Virus record (IMG/VR): IMGVR_UViG_3300028558_000016
Coordinates: 1 to 64,000 of that record
Strand: one strand, 5' to 3'
Length of the DNA: 64,000 nucleotides
Part shown: positions 32,977 through 42,708 of the stretch, piece after piece
How positions within the stretch are numbered: the stretch's first letter is position 1
Layout: each line of letters begins with the position of its first letter
Made by a program: the position numbers and the translations under genes
Notes under the pieces: model-generated
Seen by the model: only the letters and a program-made list of their open reading frames with translations
Told to the model about the DNA's origin: nothing
Database searches by the model: none

Positions 32977-34287
32977 TTATTCCATTCCTCCTTCAATTAT
33001 CGGTGTAGGATCTTCTGTTATCCTCATGTGTGAGTAATCAATGTCAAACATCTTAGAACAGTTCTTGTATCCCTCGTCACGATTCGCAAGAACCTTTAAT
33101 TTGTATTTTCTGTTCATCAACATTGTTGGATCTTGTATGATACCAAACATCAAATCCACTGTTGCAACTAATGCAGAAGACTCAGAAGCTGCGGCCATGT
33201 TCATATCGCTTGAATCGAATGCAGATTGTTTAACTTGAGTTACAGAAACAACTGCCCAATTATTCGTCTGCGCCATTGCTCTAACATCCTCAGCGATTTG
33301 CTTGATCTTCATGTAAGTATTTTCTGAGTTTGGATTTCTCCAGTTTCTCATGATGTTCAAGTAATCAATAATGACCATCTTGAATTTAATTCCTTTTCTT
33401 TCTTCTGTTCTTCTTAAGTAATTCTCGATGTCCACAACAGATGCAGTTGATGTTGGAAATTCTTTTACCATTAATTGGCCAGGAAGAATTAATCCACCGC
33501 CTCCAGAAAGATTATTGATTTTATGTTTGATGAAGTCTGTGTCTGTGGCTGCTTTCTTGTATTCATCCATCTTGATGTTGATGAGATTAGAACCAAGTCT
33601 TTTAATGTATTTTGCTTCAGCCATTTCCAAACTTATCACAGCCACATTGTGTCCACTTAAAACTGCTTGAGCTGCGATATTTGCAAGCCAGATAGATTTA
33701 CCAACTTTAGCTTGACCAAGAAGAACGGTTAAAGTCTTTGCTGCAAATCCACCATCTGCAACCTTGTCCATAAAATTATAACCAGTGGAAAATGTGTTGT
33801 ATGTAGGTTGTCTGTGTTTGTCTGCATCAAAGAAATCAGAACCTTCGTCAAATTCAAAATCAAGGCTGTTTCTTGTTGTGATGATGCTCTTTGCCTGTAT
33901 GATTACTTCCTTAATGTTCTCGCTGTTGACGGTTGTGGTCTTTAAATAATCCACAAGGTCCATGGTGGAAATATCGAGATTCTTATATTCGATGAAGGTC
34001 TCAGTATTTTCCTTCATCCACTCGTCATCGTATTCTTTGAGATTCACATCCCACACGGTGTCGAGCTGATCGAGGCTAATGTCTTTTTCGAGGTTTTTGA
34101 TCTTGACAAGTTCTTTGACTTGTGCTGCTGTTGGAACTTGTTTGTACTTGGAGTAAAATTCTTTTATTGGTGGAATTAATTTCTTTAAGATGCTATTGTC
34201 AAAGAACCTGTGGTTCACTGCATCCAAGTACGGGGCGTTGTTGATAATGTTGTGGAAGAAAATCTTCTCTAAGTGTGGGTTAACCAT
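32977..34287 (-). CDS. Replicative DNA helicase (T4 gp41 / DnaB-like)
   Basis: FSTGYNFMD, GQAKVGKS, SLEMAE, VKEFPT, IIDYLNIM, VTQV. Confidence 0.93.
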   Translation of the reverse strand: MVNPHLEKIFFHNIINNAPYLDAVNHRFFDNSILKKLIPPIKEFYSKYKQVPTAAQVKELVKIKNLEKDISLDQLDTVWDVNLKEYDDEWMKENTETFIEYKNLDISTMDLVDYLKTTTVNSENIKEVIIQAKSIITTRNSLDFEFDEGSDFFDADKHRQPTYNTFSTGYNFMDKVADGGFAAKTLTVLLGQAKVGKSIWLANIAAQAVLSGHNVAVISLEMAEAKYIKRLGSNLINIKMDEYKKAATDTDFIKHKINNLSGGGGLILPGQLMVKEFPTSTASVVDIENYLRRTEERKGIKFKMVIIDYLNIMRNWRNPNSENTYMKIKQIAEDVRAMAQTNNWAVVSVTQVKQSAFDSSDMNMAAASESSALVATVDLMFGIIQDPTMLMNRKYKLKVLANRDEGYKNCSKMFDIDYSHMRITEDPTPIIEGGME

Positions 34288-34347
34288 TTTGCTTGAACGT
34301 ATTTATTTGTTCAAGTTGTACCCAAATCTTTTAAATTCGTTTCGAAA

Positions 34348-34656
34348 TTATAACTTAGATTGCTCCTTTGAAAGAGCTTGCATGGCTTGCGCTTCTTTCT
34401 GCATAGAAGCTGCTTGCATAGATGTTAGCTTTGCGATAGTAGTGAGCAGAGCGCTCTTCTCCTGTGTCTTCTGGAATAACTTTTTATTGGTGGCATCAAT
34501 CTTCGACATCTTGCTTCTTGCTATCTTGATTTGGTCCAAATATTGGGATTGCTTCTTCTGCTCGTTTTCAACGTCAATAGCTTTAGATTGAACTGCTTCA
34601 TTGACACTTTCGTGCACGGGTTCAAAAAACTCATTAAACGGTTTGATGTTATTCAT
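34348..34656 (-). CDS. Putative internal head protein (KxF/LxE N-terminal motif family)
   Basis: Starts MNNIKPFNEFFE; GAATATATA motif 5 nt upstream. Confidence 0.55.
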   Translation of the reverse strand: MNNIKPFNEFFEPVHESVNEAVQSKAIDVENEQKKQSQYLDQIKIARSKMSKIDATNKKLFQKTQEKSALLTTIAKLTSMQAASMQKEAQAMQALSKEQSKL

Positions 34657-34660
34657 GCAT

Positions 34661-34669
34661 TATATATTC
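34661..34669 (-). promoter_or_regulatory. Putative late promoter (GAATATATA)
   Basis: Identical to 61547-61555. Confidence 0.55.
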
Positions 34670-34672
34670 CAA

Positions 34673-35263
34673 TCACTTGGAAAAATCTGCAATTTCCGAG
34701 ATTGTCTTAACTATTCCCTTGATGGCTGGATTATCGAGAATGGTCCAGTTGTATTTGGTGTAATTGTTTGATACCATAAAGGTTGGAATTCCTATGCTTA
34801 TTGCATCCAGAACACCGTGAGGAGCATCGTCCACCCAAAAATCAATCTGCTTGGAAATCATAACCGACTTCTTCGATTGATCAACTCCAACCACATGAAT
34901 GTCCTTAATTTCCGGATAAAGCCTGTTTACCATCTTTATCGTACTTTCGCTCAATGACTCAGCTCTTGCAGTTATCAAAATAATTTCATGTCCTTGTTCA
35001 GTCCACTTCTTGATCGTTTCTTGACTCTGTTCTATTGGACGCGCTTGATCACACATGTGAGAAGGATCCATGAAGTATTCCATTATCTTGTTTCTGAGAT
35101 CTTCAGGAAAGTTTAAATGGTTCCATCGAGTAACATCCTTGTTGTGGATTGCATAGCCCAAGTCTTTAGCGGCGATTGCTGCCGCATGGGTTTCGATAAG
35201 AGTAGAATCAAGGTCTACTCCGATTTTATATCTTCTTTTTGTATCTCTATTTTTTCTTCCCAT
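34673..35263 (-). CDS. HAD 5'(3')-deoxyribonucleotidase (NT5C-like)
   Basis: IGVDLDSTL, ITAR, WVDDAP. Confidence 0.8.
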   Translation of the reverse strand: MGRKNRDTKRRYKIGVDLDSTLIETHAAAIAAKDLGYAIHNKDVTRWNHLNFPEDLRNKIMEYFMDPSHMCDQARPIEQSQETIKKWTEQGHEIILITARAESLSESTIKMVNRLYPEIKDIHVVGVDQSKKSVMISKQIDFWVDDAPHGVLDAISIGIPTFMVSNNYTKYNWTILDNPAIKGIVKTISEIADFSK

Positions 35264-35595
35264 TTTTCCTCCTTCTCTTCCTCTTCCGAGAGAGCTTCAA
35301 AATCCACTACTTCGACGTCTATATTTCCAACGACATATCGTTCGAGCTTCTTCTTTGCATAGAAGTAACCATTGGCTGGTATTTGAATGTGGAACACGCT
35401 GTCGCATGTTGCCATTCCATCTTTATCTCTGATGGCGAGCTTAAAGTGCATGTTATAGATCTTTTCAGGAGAATTCTTTGCCTCTACTTTTACTTTTTTG
35501 GCTTTGTATCTCTTGATCTTCCATTCTCTCACCTTTCTTATAATCTTCCCAAAGAGCAGATTTACAAGAAATTTATCTAAATCAACTACGGTCAT
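35215..35595 (-). CDS. Hypothetical protein
   Basis: 126 aa ORF. Confidence 0.55.
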   Translation of the reverse strand: MTVVDLDKFLVNLLFGKIIRKVREWKIKRYKAKKVKVEAKNSPEKIYNMHFKLAIRDKDGMATCDSVFHIQIPANGYFYAKKKLERYVVGNIDVEVVDFEALSEEEEKEEKWEEKIEIQKEDIKSE

Positions 35596-35616
35596 GCTTG
35601 TTTTATTAAAGAGATT

Positions 35617-36051
35617 TTAAATTGTTACTCCTTCATATACTTCTTCCGTTTCTTCATACACATTAACTTCTTTGATGACTTTAATACTTTCGATAGAAAT
35701 CCTAACTGTCATTGGATTTTTCTCTTTCTTCTCATCGGCGAATTCATTACAGGCTTCGTGAATGTGGCTAATCATTTCCTGTGTTGGTTTTTCTTTAAAG
35801 AATAATTCAAAAGCATTAGCATCAGTTGGACATGTTTGAACAGGTCCCCAATTTCCGTCATCACATAATCTTCTTTCCATTCTCTTTTCAAACTCTTCTC
35901 TCACTTCTGCTGATTGATAGAATCTCCTGTTTATTCCAGCCTCGCATTCGCCAATTTGTCCTGTGACAAATGCACATAATTCTTTTTCAAAATTTGTGGC
36001 GAACGTGTTTGTTGAAATCAACACCCGATATTTTATTTCTTCTTTTCTCAT
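35617..36051 (-). CDS. Hypothetical protein
   Basis: 144 aa, ATGA overlap. Confidence 0.6.
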   Translation of the reverse strand: MRKEEIKYRVLISTNTFATNFEKELCAFVTGQIGECEAGINRRFYQSAEVREEFEKRMERRLCDDGNWGPVQTCPTDANAFELFFKEKPTQEMISHIHEACNEFADEKKEKNPMTVRISIESIKVIKEVNVYEETEEVYEGVTI

Positions 36052-36497
36052 GACAATATAGTTTTTACGATTGAACTCAATTCTTTTCCATCATATTGAC
36101 CGTCGTGATTTGCTTTGAAGTATGCCATTACTTTTCCCATGCCATCTTTTCCTATCGCATTGTCGGCAACAAATTTCTTAACTGTGGATTCCATGTCATC
36201 TTTAGACATCTGTGTTGGTTGAACCTTTCCAAGATATTCATTGATTATCGACAATTCAACTTCTTCCTTCTTAGCAAGTTCTTCATTTCCTGCCTTTTTG
36301 AATTGTTCAATGCTGTCCATTCTCATCTTAACAAGAGGCTTCAATGCCTTTGCATAATTGATGTCCTGACCAGGATTTTCCTTTTCAAATTTATCAATGG
36401 CTCCCTTAACGGCTCTGACTGCTTCGAGCTTGGATGTATTCTTTTCTTTCATCGCAGTCTTCAAGTCCTCAAGAACTTCAGTCTTTAGATTTTCCAT
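36048..36497 (-). CDS. GatB/YqeY domain protein
   Basis: LKTAMKEK...VKMRMDSIEQFKKAGNEELAKKE...MGKVM. Confidence 0.9.
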   Translation of the reverse strand: MENLKTEVLEDLKTAMKEKNTSKLEAVRAVKGAIDKFEKENPGQDINYAKALKPLVKMRMDSIEQFKKAGNEELAKKEEVELSIINEYLGKVQPTQMSKDDMESTVKKFVADNAIGKDGMGKVMAYFKANHDGQYDGKELSSIVKTILS

Positions 36498-36748
36498 TAT
36501 TCCTTAATTGTTTTAATTGTTTTCTTAACTTCTTTAATAGTGCTTCTCGTCTTATCCCAAATAGAAGTGGTGTCAGGCTTAACCGGTTTTATCACCGTAT
36601 CATTCTTTTTAGATTCCTTGTAAAGGCTTATCCCTCCTTTAACTCCATCACGAATGAGAGTTCCAGCTTCATGTGCTACTCCGTCAGTTTCGACCTTTAC
36701 GCAAGAAGATAAAAACAAAATTGATGAAATTGTTATTATTATTTTCAT
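36497..36748 (-). CDS. Putative lipoprotein
   Basis: Lipobox-like LFLSSC after a hydrophobic stretch. Confidence 0.55.
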   Translation of the reverse strand: MKIIITISSILFLSSCVKVETDGVAHEAGTLIRDGVKGGISLYKESKKNDTVIKPVKPDTTSIWDKTRSTIKEVKKTIKTIKE

Positions 36749-36754
36749 GTCTTC

Positions 36755-37486
36755 TTATTTTATTGTGTTTGGATATTTCATTTTTAATCCTCTCATTGCC
36801 TCAACCAATTTCTTTGTTATCAAATAGTTTCTGTACCATTTATCATCGGCCGGAACTATATTCCATTTAACGTCGCACTTCTTGAATATTTTTTCGTACA
36901 CTTCCATATAATTGTCCCACTTCTTTGCTTCGGCCAAATCATTTGAATTGTACTTCCACTTCTTTTCGAGATTCGTAAATCTCTCTTTAAATCTCTCTTT
37001 CTGTTCACCCTTTGAAATGTGCAAATAAAATTTAAGAACTACCGTTCCGTTATCTTGCAACATATTTTCAAAGTCATTAATGTGATCATATCGTTTTTCA
37101 ATTTCCTTTTTGTCGAACAGCTTGTGCACAGTCGGAACTAAGATGTCTTCATAGTGAGAACGATTAAACATTCCAACTTGTCCTTTTGATGGAGTGTTCT
37201 GACTTATTCTCCACAGAAAACCTTTTGATGATTCAAACTCTGTTGGAGCTTTAAATGCATGAACATAACATGCCATAGGAAAAAGTCCTCTGTATAACGA
37301 GACGACACTTCCATCTTTTCCCGAAGCATCCATTCCTTGAAACACTATCAAGATTGAATGTTTTTCTTCTGCCCTCATTACCGTATGGAGTGCTCTTAAT
37401 TCATTTAGCAGCTCGTCGGTTTTTTTAAGAATATCTTTCTTAGAAAGATTCTTTGGTGCTTTTGTTGATAACTTAATTAGGTCCAT
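36755..37486 (-). CDS. ppk2: Polyphosphate kinase 2 family protein
   Basis: FQGMDASGKDG, FKAPT, FNRSHYEDILVP, KFYLHISK, VPADDKWYR. Confidence 0.93.
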   Translation of the reverse strand: MDLIKLSTKAPKNLSKKDILKKTDELLNELRALHTVMRAEEKHSILIVFQGMDASGKDGSVVSLYRGLFPMACYVHAFKAPTEFESSKGFLWRISQNTPSKGQVGMFNRSHYEDILVPTVHKLFDKKEIEKRYDHINDFENMLQDNGTVVLKFYLHISKGEQKERFKERFTNLEKKWKYNSNDLAEAKKWDNYMEVYEKIFKKCDVKWNIVPADDKWYRNYLITKKLVEAMRGLKMKYPNTIK

Positions 37487-37504
37487 ATTACTTCTTCTTT
37501 TAGT

Positions 37505-37777
37505 TTACGTTTTATCTCTTTCATCTTTTACCGTCATGAATTCGTGTGCCCAATTTTGTTTATATTCTCCACATGGGCAAACCCATCCATCCTTTGTTGC
37601 TATGAGCTTTCCATCATTTGCACATACGCTTCTTGTTCTTTCTTTAAATTTTCCGTTCTCATCTTCCTGTTCTTTCATTTGACCAATGCAAGTGAAAGGA
37701 TGAAATCTACCTTTCGCTTGATATTCATTCAATGCTTCTACTTGTTCATCCGTGAACGGCGCTTTTATCTGTTCCAT
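37505..37777 (-). CDS. Conserved phage hypothetical protein
   Basis: QVEALNEYQ..FHPFTC...LIATKDGWVCPC..YKQNWAH. Confidence 0.65.
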   Translation of the reverse strand: MEQIKAPFTDEQVEALNEYQAKGRFHPFTCIGQMKEQEDENGKFKERTRSVCANDGKLIATKDGWVCPCGEYKQNWAHEFMTVKDERDKT

Positions 37778-37986
37778 TTGTCAAGTTTATATTTTTCGGT
37801 TAACCATCCTTTTAAAAACCACCCTGTAAAATATCCGCCAATTCCCGACATAATCCATCCGAGCCACATTGGATCTATTGGAGTTGCTATCACAAAAAGC
37901 GTAGCAATCAGAAATAGGAAAAACATATTTTTATATTGCCACTTCATTTTTTTAATTCGTTTGCAAATATTTGACGTTGAGCCCAA
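37765..37986 (-). CDS. Small membrane protein
   Basis: Hydrophobic ORF; start probably at MKWQY. Confidence 0.5.
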   Translation of the reverse strand: MGSTSNICKRIKKMKWQYKNMFFLFLIATLFVIATPIDPMWLGWIMSGIGGYFTGWFLKGWLTEKYKLDKWNR

Positions 37987-38972
37987 TGTCCATGTTTTAT
38001 CTCAAATCCTTTGCTAACGAACTTAGCAACTGATTTTCTGAATTCACCATAGGAAAATTCATCGGCAATCCTTATAACATATCCCTCACATTTATTTCCA
38101 TCAATCTCTGATTTAAACAATGTTTTTATTTTTTCTTCATCGAATATTCCTCTGTATAAAACTGGAACTGTATTAAGCCCAAGAAGCTCAGCATATTCTA
38201 AGGTCTCATCCCATGATAGACAAACATTCTTTTCGTTCCACATAGAAAACATGTAAAAATAACTTTCGAGATTCTTGTATGGAATTGTGTGTATTGCATA
38301 CATGTCCTCTCCACACAATCTCCATCCTTCAGGAATTTCATAAGCAATCTTTCCCCAAAGACCTTTCACCCATTTCTTAGATGGGTGAGAATTGTGTTCA
38401 AGAGATCTTGCGTGAATGTGATCTCTGTACATGGAAGTATTTTCCCCATCCAGCTTCACAGTCACAACAACTTCTTTTCCTTCAAAATGTTTTGTTGATT
38501 CTAATTTTCTGTCATCCTTGGTCATCTTCTCAGTCCATGGAAGATGCATTGTTCTCGGATATTTGACATACTTTGAAAACAGATCCAACACCTTTCCTTG
38601 CTCGAGAATCTTTTGGACTGACTCATCATAGAACAGTTCTCCTCTCACCCTTGTTCCATTCGGCATGATTAAATTTCCCCATTTGTCGTAGGTATAATCA
38701 TTGTCGTTGTACAGGTGTGATGGTAACACGACTTCCTTGATGCCCGTTGCCTCTCTGATTTCTTCGCAGGAAAGGGTGGTCTGTTCTGCCTCTATATGAT
38801 GCGTTTGACAAAGAGACGCACCGTTAGATAGGTAGTAACCTCCATCATCGAATAACCTTCTTTCAATTATGTGATGAGCATCTTTTGCTGGTTGTTTGCA
38901 TATAACACATTGATGGGAATCCCTTTTAAAGACTCCCTCTCTGAATTCATCTCGTGTTAATAGCTTTTCCAT
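37944..38972 (-). CDS. RNA ligase family protein with N-terminal HNH-like domain
   Basis: N-terminus CVIC..DAHHI..NGASLC..HH; C-terminus KYPRTMHLPW, KLDGEN, GEDMY, EGYVIR, AKFV. Confidence 0.8.
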   Translation of the reverse strand: MEKLLTRDEFREGVFKRDSHQCVICKQPAKDAHHIIERRLFDDGGYYLSNGASLCQTHHIEAEQTTLSCEEIREATGIKEVVLPSHLYNDNDYTYDKWGNLIMPNGTRVRGELFYDESVQKILEQGKVLDLFSKYVKYPRTMHLPWTEKMTKDDRKLESTKHFEGKEVVVTVKLDGENTSMYRDHIHARSLEHNSHPSKKWVKGLWGKIAYEIPEGWRLCGEDMYAIHTIPYKNLESYFYMFSMWNEKNVCLSWDETLEYAELLGLNTVPVLYRGIFDEEKIKTLFKSEIDGNKCEGYVIRIADEFSYGEFRKSVAKFVSKGFEIKHGHWAQRQIFANELKK

Positions 38973-38990
38973 TACTCATTATTTTTCCAA

Positions 38991-39215
38991 TTAGCCTCCG
39001 ATGCAACCACATTCTTCCTCGTCTTGATCGGACGTCAAAATCGTTTTAGGAAATTCACCACGAACACGTGTATAATTAACTTCTTTGGATCTTGTTCCTT
39101 CTCTCCAAGATTTTCCATTAGGACCAACCCTGTACCAGAATATTGACTGTGCCGCAAATAATCCTGCTGACATTGTCACAATTAATATGGAAATAAAAAA
39201 TATGTTCTTTTTCAT
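38991..39215 (-). CDS. Hypothetical secreted protein
   Basis: Signal-peptide-like N-terminus. Confidence 0.5.
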   Translation of the reverse strand: MKKNIFFISILIVTMSAGLFAAQSIFWYRVGPNGKSWREGTRSKEVNYTRVRGEFPKTILTSDQDEEECGCIGG

Positions 39216-39222
39216 AATAAAA

Positions 39223-40044
39223 TTAATCTATATCAGTTGAATTCCAATTTCTTTTCGTAAATCTGTTTCTGTATCTTCTCAAATGATTTGGACTTCCAAT
39301 TCCGGCGTGCCATATAAATGTTATTCCAGTTAATACTCCGGCCAAAGCAAGATTGGCTATTATTCCAAGAATAAACAATGGAGCCCAATTCATCAACGCT
39401 GTAATTGTGGAGAACATAATGAAGAATGAAGCGAATTTAAACCAGCCCCAATGCAAACTTGTTTCTCTTACAGCTCCGATAATTCTACGGAAAATAGTAA
39501 AATCTTTTCCCCATTTGTGAACGAGAGCATACATGTCACCTTCGTTGGTGCTCATTTTATAGAACATCACAGGATCAACCGGCGGTGGATCTGGTCTCTC
39601 ATCCAAATTAAATGCTTTAGATGGAGCCATAATATAAAGATTGTTATTGGCTTCATAACTCTGTGCATTGATATTCTTTTCCTTAAAGAATTCCAAAATA
39701 GTTTTTCCAAGTGTTGGCTCAATTGCACCCTTGTAACGTTTTGATGAAAGAAATCTTAAACCGTATTTAATACAAGTGCTTTCTATTTCCTCATAGGTAA
39801 AAACCTTTGAACCAAGTTCTTCCTCCTTTTTGGTTCTTACCATGTTAACACCAACCTTCTTTTCCACTTCTCTTATGTTGAAGTCCAAACCAGCTTCTCT
39901 GAGAATGTTTCTCTCTTCAACTGCAGAGGTTTCCATTAAAAGCTTAATTGGTTCTTTCTTTTCTTGTGCTGTGTCAAAGGATTCTTTTCTTGCTTTGACC
40001 AAGTTTTTTTCAATTGTATTTGCCATGTTATTAATTTTATTCAA
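39223..40044 (-). CDS. Hypothetical membrane protein
   Basis: 273 aa with two C-terminal TM segments. Confidence 0.65.
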   Translation of the reverse strand: MNKINNMANTIEKNLVKARKESFDTAQEKKEPIKLLMETSAVEERNILREAGLDFNIREVEKKVGVNMVRTKKEEELGSKVFTYEEIESTCIKYGLRFLSSKRYKGAIEPTLGKTILEFFKEKNINAQSYEANNNLYIMAPSKAFNLDERPDPPPVDPVMFYKMSTNEGDMYALVHKWGKDFTIFRRIIGAVRETSLHWGWFKFASFFIMFSTITALMNWAPLFILGIIANLALAGVLTGITFIWHAGIGSPNHLRRYRNRFTKRNWNSTDID

Positions 40045-40363
40045 TTTGACTTATGGAACGATAGATCAATCCGGTGAAAAAGCTTGCGATGCAAACAATG
40101 CAAAACCAAGAGATGGCGAAATCAAATGGAATAAGTCCAAATGTAAGTCTAAGCTTATCGAAGTAGAAAGATAAAATTAAAAGAGATGGATAAAAGCTAA
40201 AGCAATATGGACATGAAAATAGTTCACCAAAAAATTCACTATTTGATTCTATTTTAGTTCTTAATGGTTTAAAGAACTTCGTCTTTGTCACAGTCAACGC
40301 TATTACTGACACTGCCATGGAAATTATCACAAGGTAGTATAAAGGGCTTAATATCCAATTCAT
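40037..40363 (-). CDS. DUF1360-like membrane protein
   Basis: FFKPLR....GELFSCPYC. Confidence 0.7.
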   Translation of the reverse strand: MNWILSPLYYLVIISMAVSVIALTVTKTKFFKPLRTKIESNSEFFGELFSCPYCFSFYPSLLILSFYFDKLRLTFGLIPFDFAISWFCIVCIASFFTGLIYRSISQIE

Positions 40364-40367
40364 AACT

Positions 40368-40631
40368 TTATTTTTTCGAAAAACACCCGCAGGCGTTGAA
40401 ACTCTTTTTTACAGAACCTACTGCATTGGAAACAACCGAATAAATTCCTGCAATGGTTGCATTCTTTTCATCCTGTTTCGCTCTTGTTATTGCACCTTCC
40501 ATGTTCTTCATGAAGTCTTGAACATCTGGAATCTCTTCCACCTCTTGCTCATCTTCATCAGAATCACTTCCAAATGTTTTATTTTTAGGGCCTTTGAAAT
40601 CAAAAGCACTTTTTGTTTTCTTTTCAAACAT
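40368..40631 (-). CDS. Hypothetical protein
   Basis: 87 aa ORF. Confidence 0.55.
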   Translation of the reverse strand: MFEKKTKSAFDFKGPKNKTFGSDSDEDEQEVEEIPDVQDFMKNMEGAITRAKQDEKNATIAGIYSVVSNAVGSVKKSFNACGCFSKK

Positions 40632-40632
40632 G

Positions 40633-41127
40633 TTACAGTTCCCTTTCTATGTAATCGGCAATCTCAGTGAATGATTTCTTTTGAGTATCATTCATGTCCA
40701 TTAAACCATCTGCTATGTGACTCATTTCATGATCTTCTCTCAAAAGAGATGGAACTTTTTCAAATCTTTCTGGAATGTTTCCGCCAGCTCTTCTAACCTT
40801 ATCGTTAGAATATCCAGCTACTTTAGCAGCAACTCCAAGAACGCAAAATCCCCACTCCTGTTTTGCACCCATTTCCATTTCCGTCTTGGTATGCTTTCTG
40901 GCAAGGCTTCCATCGATCTGTTCAAATTTTCCAGATCTTAAAGCTTCTAACCATTTCTTTTTAAATACAGGAGGAAGCTTTCCTTCTTTAGATTTTTTGA
41001 TCTCAGCATCCAACTTCTTCATTATATTTCCAACTCCAGCAGGTTTATCAAGCTGGACACCTACCACATTAGAACTCTTCTTATGCGGTGACAGTGGCTT
41101 TTTCTTTAGTTGTACTTGCGCTGACAT
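40633..41127 (-). CDS. Conserved phage hypothetical protein
   Basis: KWLEALRSGKFEQ..G.L.....FCVLGV.....ND....SF.EIADYIE. Confidence 0.7.
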   Translation of the reverse strand: MSAQVQLKKKPLSPHKKSSNVVGVQLDKPAGVGNIMKKLDAEIKKSKEGKLPPVFKKKWLEALRSGKFEQIDGSLARKHTKTEMEMGAKQEWGFCVLGVAAKVAGYSNDKVRRAGGNIPERFEKVPSLLREDHEMSHIADGLMDMNDTQKKSFTEIADYIEREL

Positions 41128-42688
41128 TTTCCTTTATTTTTATTGGGGTTATGTTTTTAATCTTATCGTTTTGTTCTGTCTGCAATTCATAGGCCAAATC
41201 CTCGAAATGGTGCTGGTGGTTCATCCTTGAGTTCTGTTTGAATGATTTCAATATTGAATCAGTCACATCATCAATGGTAACACCAGATGGTTTCTTTTTG
41301 TTTCCTTCCAAATCTCTGTTTATAGCAGAGGTGATTGACTCATTGACGATGGAAGCAATCATGGCTCCATTTATGATATGAGACATGCAGAAATCCATGT
41401 TAGAACCACTTTCCAATTCTATCTGGTACAGACGTAATGTTTTATCAAACACGAGCTGTGCGGCACTCTTAGAGATTTTCTTTGCATCAATGGTTGCAGA
41501 TGCACATGGAACTTTTTTCAAGTTGAGGTTGAATATCATTTCAACACTTTCCTGTGTTGGACGTGGAACTTTAATCTTCTTGTCAATACGTCCTTCGCGT
41601 ATTACTGCACTGTCCAACATGTCAGGTCTGTTTGTAGTCAATATTACAATTGCAGAGCTTTCATCAAGACCGTCCATTTCAGTAAGGAACTGAGGAACTA
41701 TCGTCTTGTCAACATCACTGCTTTTTCCTGAACCTCTTTTGCTTAGGATTGCTTCTGCTTCATCAATGAAGATTATTGCAGGACATCCGGTATTCTTTTT
41801 GTATTCGCGAGCTGATGCAAATATTCCACGAATTCTTTCTTCGCTTGCGCCAACGTACATGTTTAAAATTTCAGGACCTTTGATGTAAATAAATCCTGAC
41901 TCTTCTGTTTTGTATAACTCTGCAATGGATGAAGCAACAGCTTTTCCAATCATCGTCTTACCGTTACCTGGAGGTCCCCATAACAAAATACCCTTTGTTG
42001 GTTTTCTTCCATATTCAGAAAATAATTCTTTATATTTTATAGGATGCTCAATTGCTTCCTGCATGCTCTTCTTCACATCTTCAAGACCACCAATATCTGC
42101 CCAGGTAACTCCTGTTTTGGAAGTGAACACATATTGACCTTGATTTTTTCCAAGGTTCTTCATGATCAATGTTCCAGACTCATCGAGAATAACACGACAT
42201 CCTTTTTCCAATTTTTGTTTTGGATCTTTTGGATTTTGATCGCTGAACAATCCGGTTAAAACAATTCTAACACTTCCGTTAGCATCTATTTCCGCGTGAT
42301 GGTCATCAAGAATATCTTTAATGATCACGGTCATTCCATAACTAACTCCGTCGGTTTTTTCAACTATTCCAACACCGGCTTTAGTTGTCACCAATTTAAC
42401 GGTGTCACCAACCTTTAGTTTAAGAAGGTCTTTTTGCTTTTTAGTGTAAAGAACTTCTATGCGTTTGTTGTCATAGATCAACACGCAAGTGTCTTCTTTA
42501 TGTTTTGCACTTGGAAGATAATCTTCATCATTAGCTTCCTTTGGCATGGTGATTCTCTTATCGAGAGCTATCACAATTCCATAGGTAAATGATTGATCAA
42601 AAATTCCGCGCAAGTAATCTTGCTGCTGTGCGATAATTTCTTTTGCCTGTTCAAGGACTTCAGATGTTGCTGGCGTTTTACCTGACAT
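41081..42688 (-). CDS. AAA+ ATPase of the proteasome-associated ARC/Mpa type
   Basis: Coiled coil plus OB-like N-terminus; TWADIGGL, GPPGNGKT, IKGPEILNMYVGASE, FIDEAE..RGSGKSSDVDKTIVPQFLTEMDG, TTNRPD..D.A..REGRID. Confidence 0.8.
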   Translation of the reverse strand: MSGKTPATSEVLEQAKEIIAQQQDYLRGIFDQSFTYGIVIALDKRITMPKEANDEDYLPSAKHKEDTCVLIYDNKRIEVLYTKKQKDLLKLKVGDTVKLVTTKAGVGIVEKTDGVSYGMTVIIKDILDDHHAEIDANGSVRIVLTGLFSDQNPKDPKQKLEKGCRVILDESGTLIMKNLGKNQGQYVFTSKTGVTWADIGGLEDVKKSMQEAIEHPIKYKELFSEYGRKPTKGILLWGPPGNGKTMIGKAVASSIAELYKTEESGFIYIKGPEILNMYVGASEERIRGIFASAREYKKNTGCPAIIFIDEAEAILSKRGSGKSSDVDKTIVPQFLTEMDGLDESSAIVILTTNRPDMLDSAVIREGRIDKKIKVPRPTQESVEMIFNLNLKKVPCASATIDAKKISKSAAQLVFDKTLRLYQIELESGSNMDFCMSHIINGAMIASIVNESITSAINRDLEGNKKKPSGVTIDDVTDSILKSFKQNSRMNHQHHFEDLAYELQTEQNDKIKNITPIKIKENVSASTTKEKATVTA

Positions 42689-42708
42689 AATGGTTGGTTT
42701 TTAATTTA

